Below are positions 1 through 8,590 of a stretch of 64,000 nucleotides of DNA, in pieces. Numbering within the stretch: the first letter of the stretch is position 1; every line of letters begins with the position of its first letter. This DNA is from an uncultured Planctomycetales bacterium (GTDB lineage: Bacteria > Planctomycetota > UBA1135). The stretch spans positions 34,573 to 98,572 of the forward strand of contig CAYZXS010000007.1 of NCBI GenBank assembly GCA_964482495.1, in the 5' to 3' direction. A program made the position numbers and the translations under genes. The notes beneath the pieces were generated by a model. It was given only the letters and a program-made list of their open reading frames with translations, had not been told where the DNA came from and ran no database searches.

Positions 1-1
1 G

Positions 2-2716
2 CCGCGGGAGGCCGTCGGCACGGCCCTCTGCGCCGTGGGCGACCTGACGGGCGACGGCCACCCCGAACTGGCGATCGGCGCCCCGGGCTGGAGCCAGGAC
101 GGCTTCCGCAAGGGAATGGTGCGGATCTACGATCCGGTCGACGGCCGGCTGGTGCGCGAGCTGCCCGGAGTCGCCGCCGACGGCGGCACGGGGCTCTCCC
201 TGGCGGCGGCCGGCGACGTCGACCGCGACGGCCTGCCCGACCTGATGGTGGCGGCGCCGGCCGAGGACCGCGCCGGGATGGTGCGGATCCACTCCGGGAA
301 GAGCGGCGCGGTGCTGCTCGAGATCCCCGGCGAACAGGAGCACGCCCGCTTCGGCAGCTCGCTGTGCGGCCTCGGAGACGTCAACGGGGACGGCGTGCCC
401 GAGCTGGCGATCGGCGCCCCGGGCTTCGACAACGGCCGCGACGACGTCGGGCGGGTGGCGGTGTACTCCGGCGCCGACGGCGAGCGCCTCTACACCCACG
501 ACGGCGAGGCCGACGACACCCGGGTGGGCGCCGCCCTCGCGGCGGCCGGCGACCTGGATCAGGACGGCCGCAACGACTTCCTCGTCGGCGGCACCGGCGT
601 CCGCGGCACTGGGGTGGTCTGGGCGCTCTCCGGCGCCGACGGCGGGGTCCTGCACCGCATCCTCGGCAGCGAGCAAGGCGAGAAGTTCGGCGCGGCGCTG
701 GCCGCCGGCGGCTACGACGGCGACACCGCCCTGCTGGCGATCGCGGCGCCCGACGCCGAGCACAGCGGCCCGATGGCTGGCCGCGTCCGGCTCTACACCA
801 TGCGGGCCGCGCCCCTGCAGCCGGTGGCGGCGGCGGGGACCGAACCCGGATCCGCCGCGCCGGCGGCGCTGCCGGCCGCGAGCCTGAACTTCCTGGACGA
901 CAAGCTGCCGTCGAAGTTCCGCCGGATCGAGGCCGCCGACGGCCGCTGGGTCTTCTACAGCACGATGGGCGCCACCGAGACCCGGGACGCCGTCAAGCTG
1001 ATCGACCGCGCCTACGCCCGCCTCGACGAGGTGCTCGGCGGCCCGGCGCTCGGCCCCCGGGCGGCCACCCAGGCGCCGGTGATCCTGAGCTACGTCTCGA
1101 GCCTCTCCGACCAGAAGCGCATCAGCCGCGAGGTCGGCCGCCAGTTCGAGCACCTGGCCGGGTGGACCAAGGAGTGGGGCGGCCTGCCGCAGATGATCCT
1201 GTGGAACCCGCTGCTCAGCACGATCCGGCACGACGAGACCACCGCCCTGGTCCAGCGGCCGGAGATGCAGGTGCTGCACCACGCCGTCCACCTCGAGCTG
1301 GTGCGGCGCTACGGCCCGGTGCCGGGCTGGATCCCGGAGGCCATCAGCTACGGCATCCAGGACGAGATCACCGGCGAGATCTACGCCTACTCCAACCGCG
1401 GCTGGGAGCAGCTGTCGGAGGACTACCACCAGATCTGGCGCGAGCACGCCTCCGACCTCTGGGTTGACGGCCCGATGCCGACCCTGGACTCGCTCTTCGG
1501 CGGCCGCCACGACGCCTTCCGCCAGCACCAGGCCTACGGCCGCTTCGGCATCGGCCTGTGGATGCTCAAGGACCCGCAGCGCCGCCTGGCCCAGCTCTTC
1601 GAGGCGATCCAAGAGCGGCGGGCGCCGAACATGCTCCCGGAGACCGACTACAAGCCTGAGCCGGACGTGCACCGCAAGCTGCTCACCTCGGTCTACGGCG
1701 ACGACATGAGGCAACAGGCCTCGAGCTTCTGGGGCAGCGTCACCCTCGCCGGCGGACCGCGCGCCCGCCGCGCCGCCGCCCTAGCCTCGATCGAGGACGC
1801 GATCACGACGCTGAAGCTGCACACCGCCAAGAGCCGGGACGGCCAGCTGCGCCTCGCCAGCGACCTGTCGCCCAAGGCCACCAGCAAGATCTTGAAGAGC
1901 AGCGAGTCGGTGCTCGGCCGGCTCTCGAAGGCGACCGACACCCGCCTGCCCAAGGACACCCAGCTGACCATCTTCGTCCTCCGGGACCAAGACGCCTACC
2001 GCCAGGTCTGCGACGGCATCTCGGAGGCGGCGCCCGGCCTGGGCGCCTACCTGAAGGTGATGCGGGAGAGCACCGGCTTCCTGCTGCCCGACATGCCCGT
2101 GGCCGCCTACTGGGACGACATCAAGTTCCAGGAGCAGACCCGGCCCGACCAGTCGGTGGCGCACAGCGTCGTGCACCTGTGGCTGCGCCAGCGCTTCGGC
2201 CAGCTGCCGCTGTGGCTCTCCGAGGGCCTGGCTTGCGCCAGCGAGGAGGTCGAGTTCCGCGACGTCTGGGGCATGTGGAACCTCGAGGGCTTCGTCTACG
2301 ACGCCTCGCGCTCGGCCTGGCGCGAGACGGCCCGCGAGTACGTGACCACCAAGGAGGACACGATCCGCTGCTACGGCTGGTCCGGGGTGACCTACGGCAC
2401 CGAGCCGCCGCGGGTGGAGAAGCCCAAGCCGACCCTGGAGCAGCTCTACGAGTACCCGGCGACGACCTTCCAGGACGACCTGGCGCACCTGGCCTTCGCC
2501 TTCGCGATCTACGGTCTGGAGGGCGACAAGAAGGGCTTCCGCGAGTTCCTCGACGCCCTGCAAGAGGAGTACGACGCCAACTGGAGCACCGTCGGCCGCT
2601 TCGAGCCCGACGCCAAGCTGGTGGAGCGCCTGGTCAAGAAGAGCTTCGGCCGCGATTTCGAGCGGCGGTTCGTCGATTGGTGGTCGAAGAAGGGGGCGAA
2701 GAGGCCCCGGCGCTAG
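2..2716 (+). CDS. FG-GAP repeat protein with two C-terminal DUF1570/peptidase-MA-like modules (5' end outside the window)
   Basis: The frame is open from position 2 (PREAVGTALCAVGDLTGDG...), so the gene starts upstream of the window. The N-terminal half carries repeated GD[LV][DN]GDGxP[DE]LxxGAPG units (FG-GAP/integrin-alpha-like). The C-terminal half has two modules, HHAVHLEL...WIPEAISYGIQDE and AHSVVHLWL...WLSEGLACASEE. These resemble the DUF1570 pattern HExxH...WLxEGLAxYxE but lack the catalytic Glu. Stop TAG at 2714-2716. Confidence 0.85.
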   Translation, partial: PREAVGTALCAVGDLTGDGHPELAIGAPGWSQDGFRKGMVRIYDPVDGRLVRELPGVAADGGTGLSLAAAGDVDRDGLPDLMVAAPAEDRAGMVRIHSGKSGAVLLEIPGEQEHARFGSSLCGLGDVNGDGVPELAIGAPGFDNGRDDVGRVAVYSGADGERLYTHDGEADDTRVGAALAAAGDLDQDGRNDFLVGGTGVRGTGVVWALSGADGGVLHRILGSEQGEKFGAALAAGGYDGDTALLAIAAPDAEHSGPMAGRVRLYTMRAAPLQPVAAAGTEPGSAAPAALPAASLNFLDDKLPSKFRRIEAADGRWVFYSTMGATETRDAVKLIDRAYARLDEVLGGPALGPRAATQAPVILSYVSSLSDQKRISREVGRQFEHLAGWTKEWGGLPQMILWNPLLSTIRHDETTALVQRPEMQVLHHAVHLELVRRYGPVPGWIPEAISYGIQDEITGEIYAYSNRGWEQLSEDYHQIWREHASDLWVDGPMPTLDSLFGGRHDAFRQHQAYGRFGIGLWMLKDPQRRLAQLFEAIQERRAPNMLPETDYKPEPDVHRKLLTSVYGDDMRQQASSFWGSVTLAGGPRARRAAALASIEDAITTLKLHTAKSRDGQLRLASDLSPKATSKILKSSESVLGRLSKATDTRLPKDTQLTIFVLRDQDAYRQVCDGISEAAPGLGAYLKVMRESTGFLLPDMPVAAYWDDIKFQEQTRPDQSVAHSVVHLWLRQRFGQLPLWLSEGLACASEEVEFRDVWGMWNLEGFVYDASRSAWRETAREYVTTKEDTIRCYGWSGVTYGTEPPRVEKPKPTLEQLYEYPATTFQDDLAHLAFAFAIYGLEGDKKGFREFLDALQEEYDANWSTVGRFEPDAKLVERLVKKSFGRDFERRFVDWWSKKGAKRPRR

Positions 2717-2803
2717 GTCCGGCGCCTTTTCCCGGCGCCAGGAGGCGGCTTTTGCTAAACCGCCGGGTCCTTCGGGGGTATTCCCCCCCTCGGACCCGAC
2801 GCC

Positions 2804-5800
2804 ATGCCTCCGTCCCCCGCTCCCGCCCTCGCTCTGCTCCTGGCCCTTTCGGCCCCGCCCGCGCCCGCGCCCGGCAGCGGTCCGAGCGAGATCCGGACCC
2901 TGAACGGCCCCCAGGACCAGGCGAAGCTCGGCAGCGCCGTTGCGGTCGTCGGCGACCTCGACGGCGACGGCCAACCCGAGCTGCTGGCCGGCGCCCCGGG
3001 CCTGCGCGGGGTCGGCAAGCGCTCCGGCGCGGCCCTGGTCTATTCGGGCGCCACCGGCGAAGTGGTCCGCCAGCACGACGGCGACGGCCCCTGGTCCGAG
3101 CTCGGCTGCAGCGTCGCTGCCCTGGGCGACGTCGACGGCGACGGCCGCCCCGACTACGCCGTCGGCGCCCGCTTCGACGGCGCGGACAACGACCGCTCGG
3201 GCAGCGTCTCGGTCTACTCCGGCGCCAGCGGCAACCTGCTCCGCAGCTTCTCCGGCGGCGCCCCGCGCGAGGCCGCCGGCACCGCCCTCAGCGCCCTGGG
3301 CGACCTCGACGGGGACGGCGTCACCGAGCTGGCGGTCGGCGCCCCGGGTTGGTCTCGCGACGGCTTCCGCGTGGGCATGGTCCGCGTCTACTCCCTCGCG
3401 GGCGGCGCCCTGCTGCACGAGATCCCGGGCGTGGCCGCCGACGGCCTGGCTGGGAGCGTACTCGCCGCCGCCGGTGACCTCGACGGCGACGGCGCGCCCG
3501 ATCTGCTCATCGGCTGCCCCGGCGAAGGCGAAGGAGGCGCGGTCCGAGTTCACTCTGGGCGCAGCGGCGCCCCGCTGCTCGAGCTCGCCGGCGACGAAGC
3601 CCGCGCAGAATTCGGCGCCGCCCTGTGCTCGCTGGGCGACCTCGACGGCGACGAGATCCCGGACTTCGCGGTCGGCGCGCCTGGCTACGACGGCCGCGGC
3701 GAGGACATCGGCCGGGTGAGCCTGCACTCCGGCGCCGACGGCCGCGAGCTGGCGGCGCTCGAAGGCGGCCGGTCCGGATCGCGCCGAGGCGGCGCCTTGG
3801 CCGTGGCCGGCGACTTCGACGGCGACGGCAAGCTGGACCTGCTGCTCGGCGGACGCCGCGGCCCCGAGGGCGGCAGCGGAAGCGTCGAGTTGATCTCCGG
3901 CGACGGCCTGCGCCGCATCCAGCTGGTGCAGGGCCAGACCGACGGGCCCAGCTTCGGCGTCGCCCTAGCTTCGGGGCCGCTGGACGCCGGCCACCGCTTG
4001 GTCGCGGTGGGAGCGCCCGAGGCCAATTTCCGCGGCCCCGCCGCCGGACGGGTCCGCCTCTACGCCCTGGAGCGCGGCGCCGGCCAGCCCGGCGCTGCCA
4101 CCGATGCCGCACCCACGGTGCCCGGCGAGGCCGTCGCCGAGGCCCCCGCCGCGGCGGTCGGGACCAGCTTCCTCAGCGCGGCGCTTCCGGCGCGCTTCCG
4201 CCGCACCACCGCTGACGACGGCCGCTGGATCTTCTTCAGCACCATGAGCACCGAAGAATCGCGGGTGGCCGTCGAGCTGATCGAGCGCAGCTACGGCCGG
4301 CTCGACCAGGTGCTCGGGAACCGCGCCACCGGCGCCGCCGCCGCCACCGCCGACCCCGTCGTGCTGGCCTTCGTCTCCTCGCTCGAGGACCAACTCGAGA
4401 TCTCGGGCGCGGTCGGGAAGCACAAACCCGAGCTGCAGGAGTGGGTCCAGGAGTGGGGCGGCATGCCGCAGATGACCTTGTGGAACCCCCTGCTGGCGAT
4501 CGTGCGCCACGACGAGACCACGGCGCTGGTGAAGCGGCCGGAGCTGCAGATCGTCCACCACCTGGTCCACCTGGAGCTGGTGCGGCGCTACGGCTCCATC
4601 CCCGGCTGGGTGCCGGAGGCGCTCAGCTTTTTTTTTAATGATTAGTTGACCTGCGAGATCTACTCCTACTCCAACCGCGGCTGGGAGCAGCTCTCGGAGG
4701 AGTACCACCAGATCTGGCGCGAGAACAGCTCCGACCTCTGGACCGGCGGCCGGCCGCCGGTGCTCGACCGGCTGTTCGGCGGCCGCCACGACGCCTTCAA
4801 GCAGCTCCAGGCCTACGGCCGCTTCGGGCTGGGCCTGTTCTGGCTCAAGGACCCGGAGCGCCGGCTGCCCCGGCTGCTCGAGGGCTTGGTGGCGCTGCGG
4901 CCCGACGGCACGGTTCCCCAGATCGACTTCCAGCCCGAGGACCAGCAGCAGCTGGCGGCGCTGCTCGACTGCTACGGCCGCGACCTGCAGCAGCAGGTGG
5001 CCGGCTTCTGGGCGACCGTGTCGCTGGCCGGCGGGCCGCGGGCGCGCCGGGCGGCGGCCAAGGCCTCGGTCGAGGATGCCATCGCCGCGCTCGAGCTGGG
5101 CGTCCACACCAGCCGCGACGGGCGCCTCCGAGTGGTCAGCGACGCCTCGAAGAAGGAGGCCTCCGCGGTTCTGAAGAGCGCAAGCGCCATGACCGGGCGG
5201 CTGGAGAAGGCGCTCGGTAAGGGTTGGCCCGAGGACGACCCGCAGCTGACGCTGTTCCTGCTGCGCGACCGCGCCTCCTACCAGCAGGTCTGCGACGGCA
5301 TCGCCGCGGCCTGGCCCGGCATCGGTCCCTACCTGGCCGAGGCCCGCGACGGCGTCGGCTTCCTCCTGCCGCACATGCCCGTCGCGGCGACTTGGAACGA
5401 CATCAAGTTCCAGGAGCAGACCCGGCCGGCGCAGTCGGTCGGCCACCAGGCGGCGCACCTGTGGCTGCGGGTGCGCTACGGCCAGCTGCCGCTGTGGCTG
5501 TCGGAGGGCCTCGCCTGCGCCCTGGAGCAGGCCGAGTTCGACAGCGTCTGGGCCAATTGGAACCTGCAGGGCTTCGTCTACGACTCCTACCGCGGCGCCT
5601 GGCCGCGGACCGCGCGCGAGCTGCTCACCGGCAAGGACGAGACCGTGCGCTGCTACGACTGGACCGGCGTGCCCTATGGCGCCGAACCGCCGAGGGTCGA
5701 GCGGCCGAGGCCGGGGATGGACCAGCTCTACCAGTACCGCGCCACGGTCTTCCGTGACGAGCTGGCGCACCTCGCCTTCGCCTTCGCGCGCTACGGCCTG

Positions 5801-5977
5801 GAGAAGGACAAGAAGGGCCTGCGCAAGCTGCTCGAGCTCCTGCAGGAGGAGTACCTGGCCAACTGGGTCACGGTCGGCCGCTTCGAGCCCGACGCGCCGC
5901 TGATGCGCGGCCTGGTCGAGCGCGGCTTCGGCGCCGATTTCGAGGACCGGCTGCGCGCCTGGTGGGCGAAGCAGTAG
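2804..5977 (+). pseudogene. Tandem paralogue of the upstream FG-GAP/DUF1570-like gene, interrupted by an in-frame TAG at 4643-4645
   Basis: Signal peptide MPPSPAPALALLLALSAPPAPAPG, then FG-GAP repeats and the same two C-terminal modules (VHHLVHLEL..., GHQAAHLWL...WLSEGLACALEQ). Track ORFs 2804..4645 and 4646..5977 are contiguous and in the same frame. Together they align end to end with the protein encoded at 2..2716. The only break is the TAG inside the AT-rich patch. Confidence 0.8.
4628..4649 (+). other. Compositionally alien 22-nt patch TTTTTTTTTAATGATTAGTTGA with stop codons in all three forward frames
   Basis: Only 3 of 22 bases are G/C, in a very GC-rich window. TAA 4636 and TGA 4639 share one frame, TAG 4643 is in the gene frame, and TGA 4647 closes the third frame. 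The patch replaces seven codons without changing length relative to the paralogue at 1349..1369. Confidence 0.9.
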
Positions 5978-6001
5978 CGCCGGCGGCGGGCGGCCGCTGG
6001 C

Positions 6002-6586
6002 CTACTCCTCGGGGTCGCCGAAGCGGATCCGGATGACGGTCGAGCCGCTCTGGTCGGTGATCAGGTCCTGGCGCAGGTCCGCGCCTTCGGGGCGCTTGTA
6101 CTCGGCCTCGGTGAAGCCCGGGGTCAGGTGCTTGCGCAGCCGCCAACCGTCCGCGGTCGAGAGTTGCTCGTCGTAGTAGTCCTCCACCTCGGCGACGGCG
6201 TCGTCGGTGTGGAAGGCGATCTCGAAGTGCTGGGAGTCGCCGGCGCGGGCGAAGGCGGTGCCGGCGTGGACCGCCCCGGGGTAGAAGGGCACCCCGGCCT
6301 CCTCCTCGCTGAGCTGCGGCTCGGTGCCGGCTTCGATCTCGGCGCCGGGGGCGGTGATCGAGACCTGGCCGCCGTCGGCGTCCCCGGTGACCTTGACCGT
6401 CGTGCCCGGCGCCTGGACCGTGACCTCGCCGCCGTCGGCGTCCCCGCTGACCGACACCGAGGCGCCCGGCACCGAGATCTGGACCTTGGACTTGTCCCGG
6501 TCGGACTCGATCCGGACGCAAGAGCTGACGACCAGCGCCAACAGCGCGCAGGACCCGGCGGGGCACAGGGAGAGGAGGCGGCGCAT
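6002..6586 (-). CDS. Putative lipoprotein with internal GDADGG repeats
   Basis: N-terminus MRRLLSLCPAGSCALLALVVSSC has a signal peptide and a lipobox-like Cys. It contains the duplicated unit VSVSGDADGGEVTVQAPG / VKVTGDADGGQVSITAPG. The C-terminal domain has ordinary globular composition, unlike the Arg/Gly-rich shadow ORFs on the other frames. Confidence 0.7.
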   Translation of the reverse strand: MRRLLSLCPAGSCALLALVVSSCVRIESDRDKSKVQISVPGASVSVSGDADGGEVTVQAPGTTVKVTGDADGGQVSITAPGAEIEAGTEPQLSEEEAGVPFYPGAVHAGTAFARAGDSQHFEIAFHTDDAVAEVEDYYDEQLSTADGWRLRKHLTPGFTEAEYKRPEGADLRQDLITDQSGSTVIRIRFGDPEE

Positions 6587-6631
6587 GGCGCCATCTTAGG
6601 CCGGGGACGGCGATCGGGCGGTCCGGCTAGG

Positions 6632-8560
6632 ATGGGCTGGGTGAACGAGAGCACGGCTTCCCCTCCTCGCCTGCCGCTCGCCCTGGCCCACGCCCTCGCC
6701 GGCGCCGGTCTGGTCGGCCTGCTCGACGCGGCGCTGCGGATCCCGCTGGACACCAGCGGCTTCCTGCGCGAGGCGGTGGTGGTCGTGGTCGCCGGGGACC
6801 TGCTGGTGGCGGCGGCGGCGCTGCTGCTGCTGGCGGCGCTGCGGCGCCGGCCGAGCGCGCGCGACGCCTTCGCCCTGGGCCTGGCGGTCGGCCTGGTGCC
6901 GCTGCTGAGCTTCAAATTCCACTCCCCCGTGACCTGGTGGGCCTTCGCCGCGCCGGCCTTGGTCCTGTTCGCCGGGGGGCTGCGCCGGGTGGCCTCGCCC
7001 CCGCCGGCCGCGGTCGCCGCCTTCGCCCCGGCGCTGCTGCTGGGCTTCGCCTTGCTGCCGCCCTCGCTGCAGCCCGAGCTGCCGCCGGCGCCGGACAGCG
7101 CGGCCCTGGTGGCCGCCGGCCGGCCGGACGCGCGCCCGGACATCTTGCTGGTGTCCTGCGACACGTTGCGGGCGGACTCGGTGAACGACCCGCCCGGGGC
7201 GCTGCCGAACCTGCAACGGCTGCGGGAAGAGGGCAGCTGGGCCGAGTACGCGCTGTCGACCAGCTGCTCGACGCGGCCGGGGCACGTGTCGATGCTCACC
7301 GGCCTCGGGGCGATGGAGCACGCCGTCGCCAGCAACGAGAACCGGGTCGAGGTCGAGGCCGAGCTGGTCTCCGAGCGGCTCGCGGCCGCCGGCTACCGCA
7401 CCGCCGCGGTGGTCAGCAACGCCGTGATCCAGGGCGGCTCGGGCTTCGGCGCCGGCTTCGAGGTCTATGACGACTCACCGGTCGCCCGGCGCGGCCCGCG
7501 CGAGGCCTTCCTGCGCATGGTCGCCGAGCACACCTGGCTCGGGCGCTTGGGCCTGGCCGAGCTGCCGCCGGCGGCGGCGGTGTTCTTGTTCGGAGAGGGC
7601 TCCACCGTGCTCGAGGGCGACCGCGGCAACGGCCGCCACACCACCGACCACGCCTTGGCCCTGATGGAGGAGCTGCAAGCGGGCGCGGCGCCCTACTTCC
7701 TGTTCGTCCACTACATGGACCCGCACGCGCCCTATTGGCCGCCGGCCGACACCGCCGGCGAGTACGCGCCCGACGCCGCCCTGCCCGAGCGCTACCGCGG
7801 CCAGGGCCTGCAGAACGGCGAGCGGGCCCTGGCGCACCGGCTCGGCGAGGAGCTGCAGTCGGGCAGCGAGCAGGCGATGGTCGACCTGCAGGACCAGCGC
7901 CGGCTCTACGACGAGGAGGTGCTGTTCGTCGACCGCATGCTCGGCGAGCTGCAGCAGCAGATCGCCTCCAGCGGCCGGCCGACCGTGGTGCTGTTCACCG
8001 CCGACCACGGCGAGCACTTCGGCGAGCACGGCCTGGTGCTGCACCGCAACTCGCTCTACGAGCCGCTGGTGCGGGTGCCGCTGATGCTGGCCGGCCCCGG
8101 CGTGCCGCGGCGCAAGCTCGAGACCGTGCCTCACCTCGAAGACGTCGCGCCGACGCTGCTGGCGGCGGCCGGCCTCGACCCCGAGGACTTGCCCGGCCGC
8201 GACCTGCGCGCCGAGACCGTGCCGGAGCTGCCGCACTTCGAGCGCTACAAGGACATGCTGGCGCTGCGCGACCGCGGCTGGAAGTTGCACTGCCGGCTGG
8301 TGGCGGACGCCGACGGCACGCTGCAGGCCGTGCCGCGCGAGCTCTACTTCGTGGACGGCGACCCCGAGGAGCTGGACGACCGGCTCGCCGCCGAGCCGGA
8401 GGTCGCGGCCCGGCTGCTGACGGCGGCCAACGCCGTGCTCGCGGCCAGCGCCGCCACCTTGGAGGGAGCCATCGACGACGACCCCCTGCACCAGGAGGCG
8501 CTGGAGGCCCTGGGCTACATCGACGGCGTCGACGACCCGGAGCCGGGAGGGGACGGCTAG
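6632..8560 (+). CDS. Membrane-anchored sulfatase-like hydrolase/transferase (alkaline phosphatase superfamily)
   Basis: About 150 aa of hydrophobic TM segments are followed by DILLVSCDTLRAD (metal-binding Asp) and STRPGHVSMLTG (TxPxHxSxLTG-type nucleophile motif). Further on come FTADHGEHFGEHG and NSLYEPLVRVPL. The start is taken at ATG 6632 because the upstream part of track ORF 6128.. overlaps the lipoprotein gene on the opposite strand. Confidence 0.8.
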   Translation: MGWVNESTASPPRLPLALAHALAGAGLVGLLDAALRIPLDTSGFLREAVVVVVAGDLLVAAAALLLLAALRRRPSARDAFALGLAVGLVPLLSFKFHSPVTWWAFAAPALVLFAGGLRRVASPPPAAVAAFAPALLLGFALLPPSLQPELPPAPDSAALVAAGRPDARPDILLVSCDTLRADSVNDPPGALPNLQRLREEGSWAEYALSTSCSTRPGHVSMLTGLGAMEHAVASNENRVEVEAELVSERLAAAGYRTAAVVSNAVIQGGSGFGAGFEVYDDSPVARRGPREAFLRMVAEHTWLGRLGLAELPPAAAVFLFGEGSTVLEGDRGNGRHTTDHALALMEELQAGAAPYFLFVHYMDPHAPYWPPADTAGEYAPDAALPERYRGQGLQNGERALAHRLGEELQSGSEQAMVDLQDQRRLYDEEVLFVDRMLGELQQQIASSGRPTVVLFTADHGEHFGEHGLVLHRNSLYEPLVRVPLMLAGPGVPRRKLETVPHLEDVAPTLLAAAGLDPEDLPGRDLRAETVPELPHFERYKDMLALRDRGWKLHCRLVADADGTLQAVPRELYFVDGDPEELDDRLAAEPEVAARLLTAANAVLAASAATLEGAIDDDPLHQEALEALGYIDGVDDPEPGGDG

Positions 8561-8580
8561 CGGCCGGCGGCGGCCGCTAG
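8557..8580. terminator. Stem-loop shared by two convergent genes (possible bidirectional terminator)
   Basis: CTAGCGGCCG (8557-8566) and CGGCCGCTAG (8571-8580) are perfect reverse complements around a 4-nt loop. The hairpin lies between the stops at 8560 (+) and 8591 (-). There is no U-tract. Confidence 0.45.
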
Positions 8581-8590
8581 CGTCGGCCGC

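Noticed and set aside
4643-4645. The in-frame TAG as pyrrolysine or programmed read-through
   Set aside because: The TAG lies in a 22-nt compositionally foreign patch that also closes the other two frames. It replaces conserved residues rather than a single codon, and no pyl genes were seen.
1781-5770. Minus-strand ORFs 1781..3727 and 3965..5770 (648 and 601 aa)
   Set aside because: They are antisense to the two FG-GAP paralogues, whose plus-strand frames carry clear repeats and mutual homology. The composition is that of shadow ORFs.
6128-6631. 168-aa N-terminal extension of the sulfatase-like ORF
   Set aside because: The extension is Gly/Asp/Leu/Arg-rich with no signal or TM features. It is antisense to the lipoprotein gene at 6002..6586, and ATG 6632 precedes the first TM helices.
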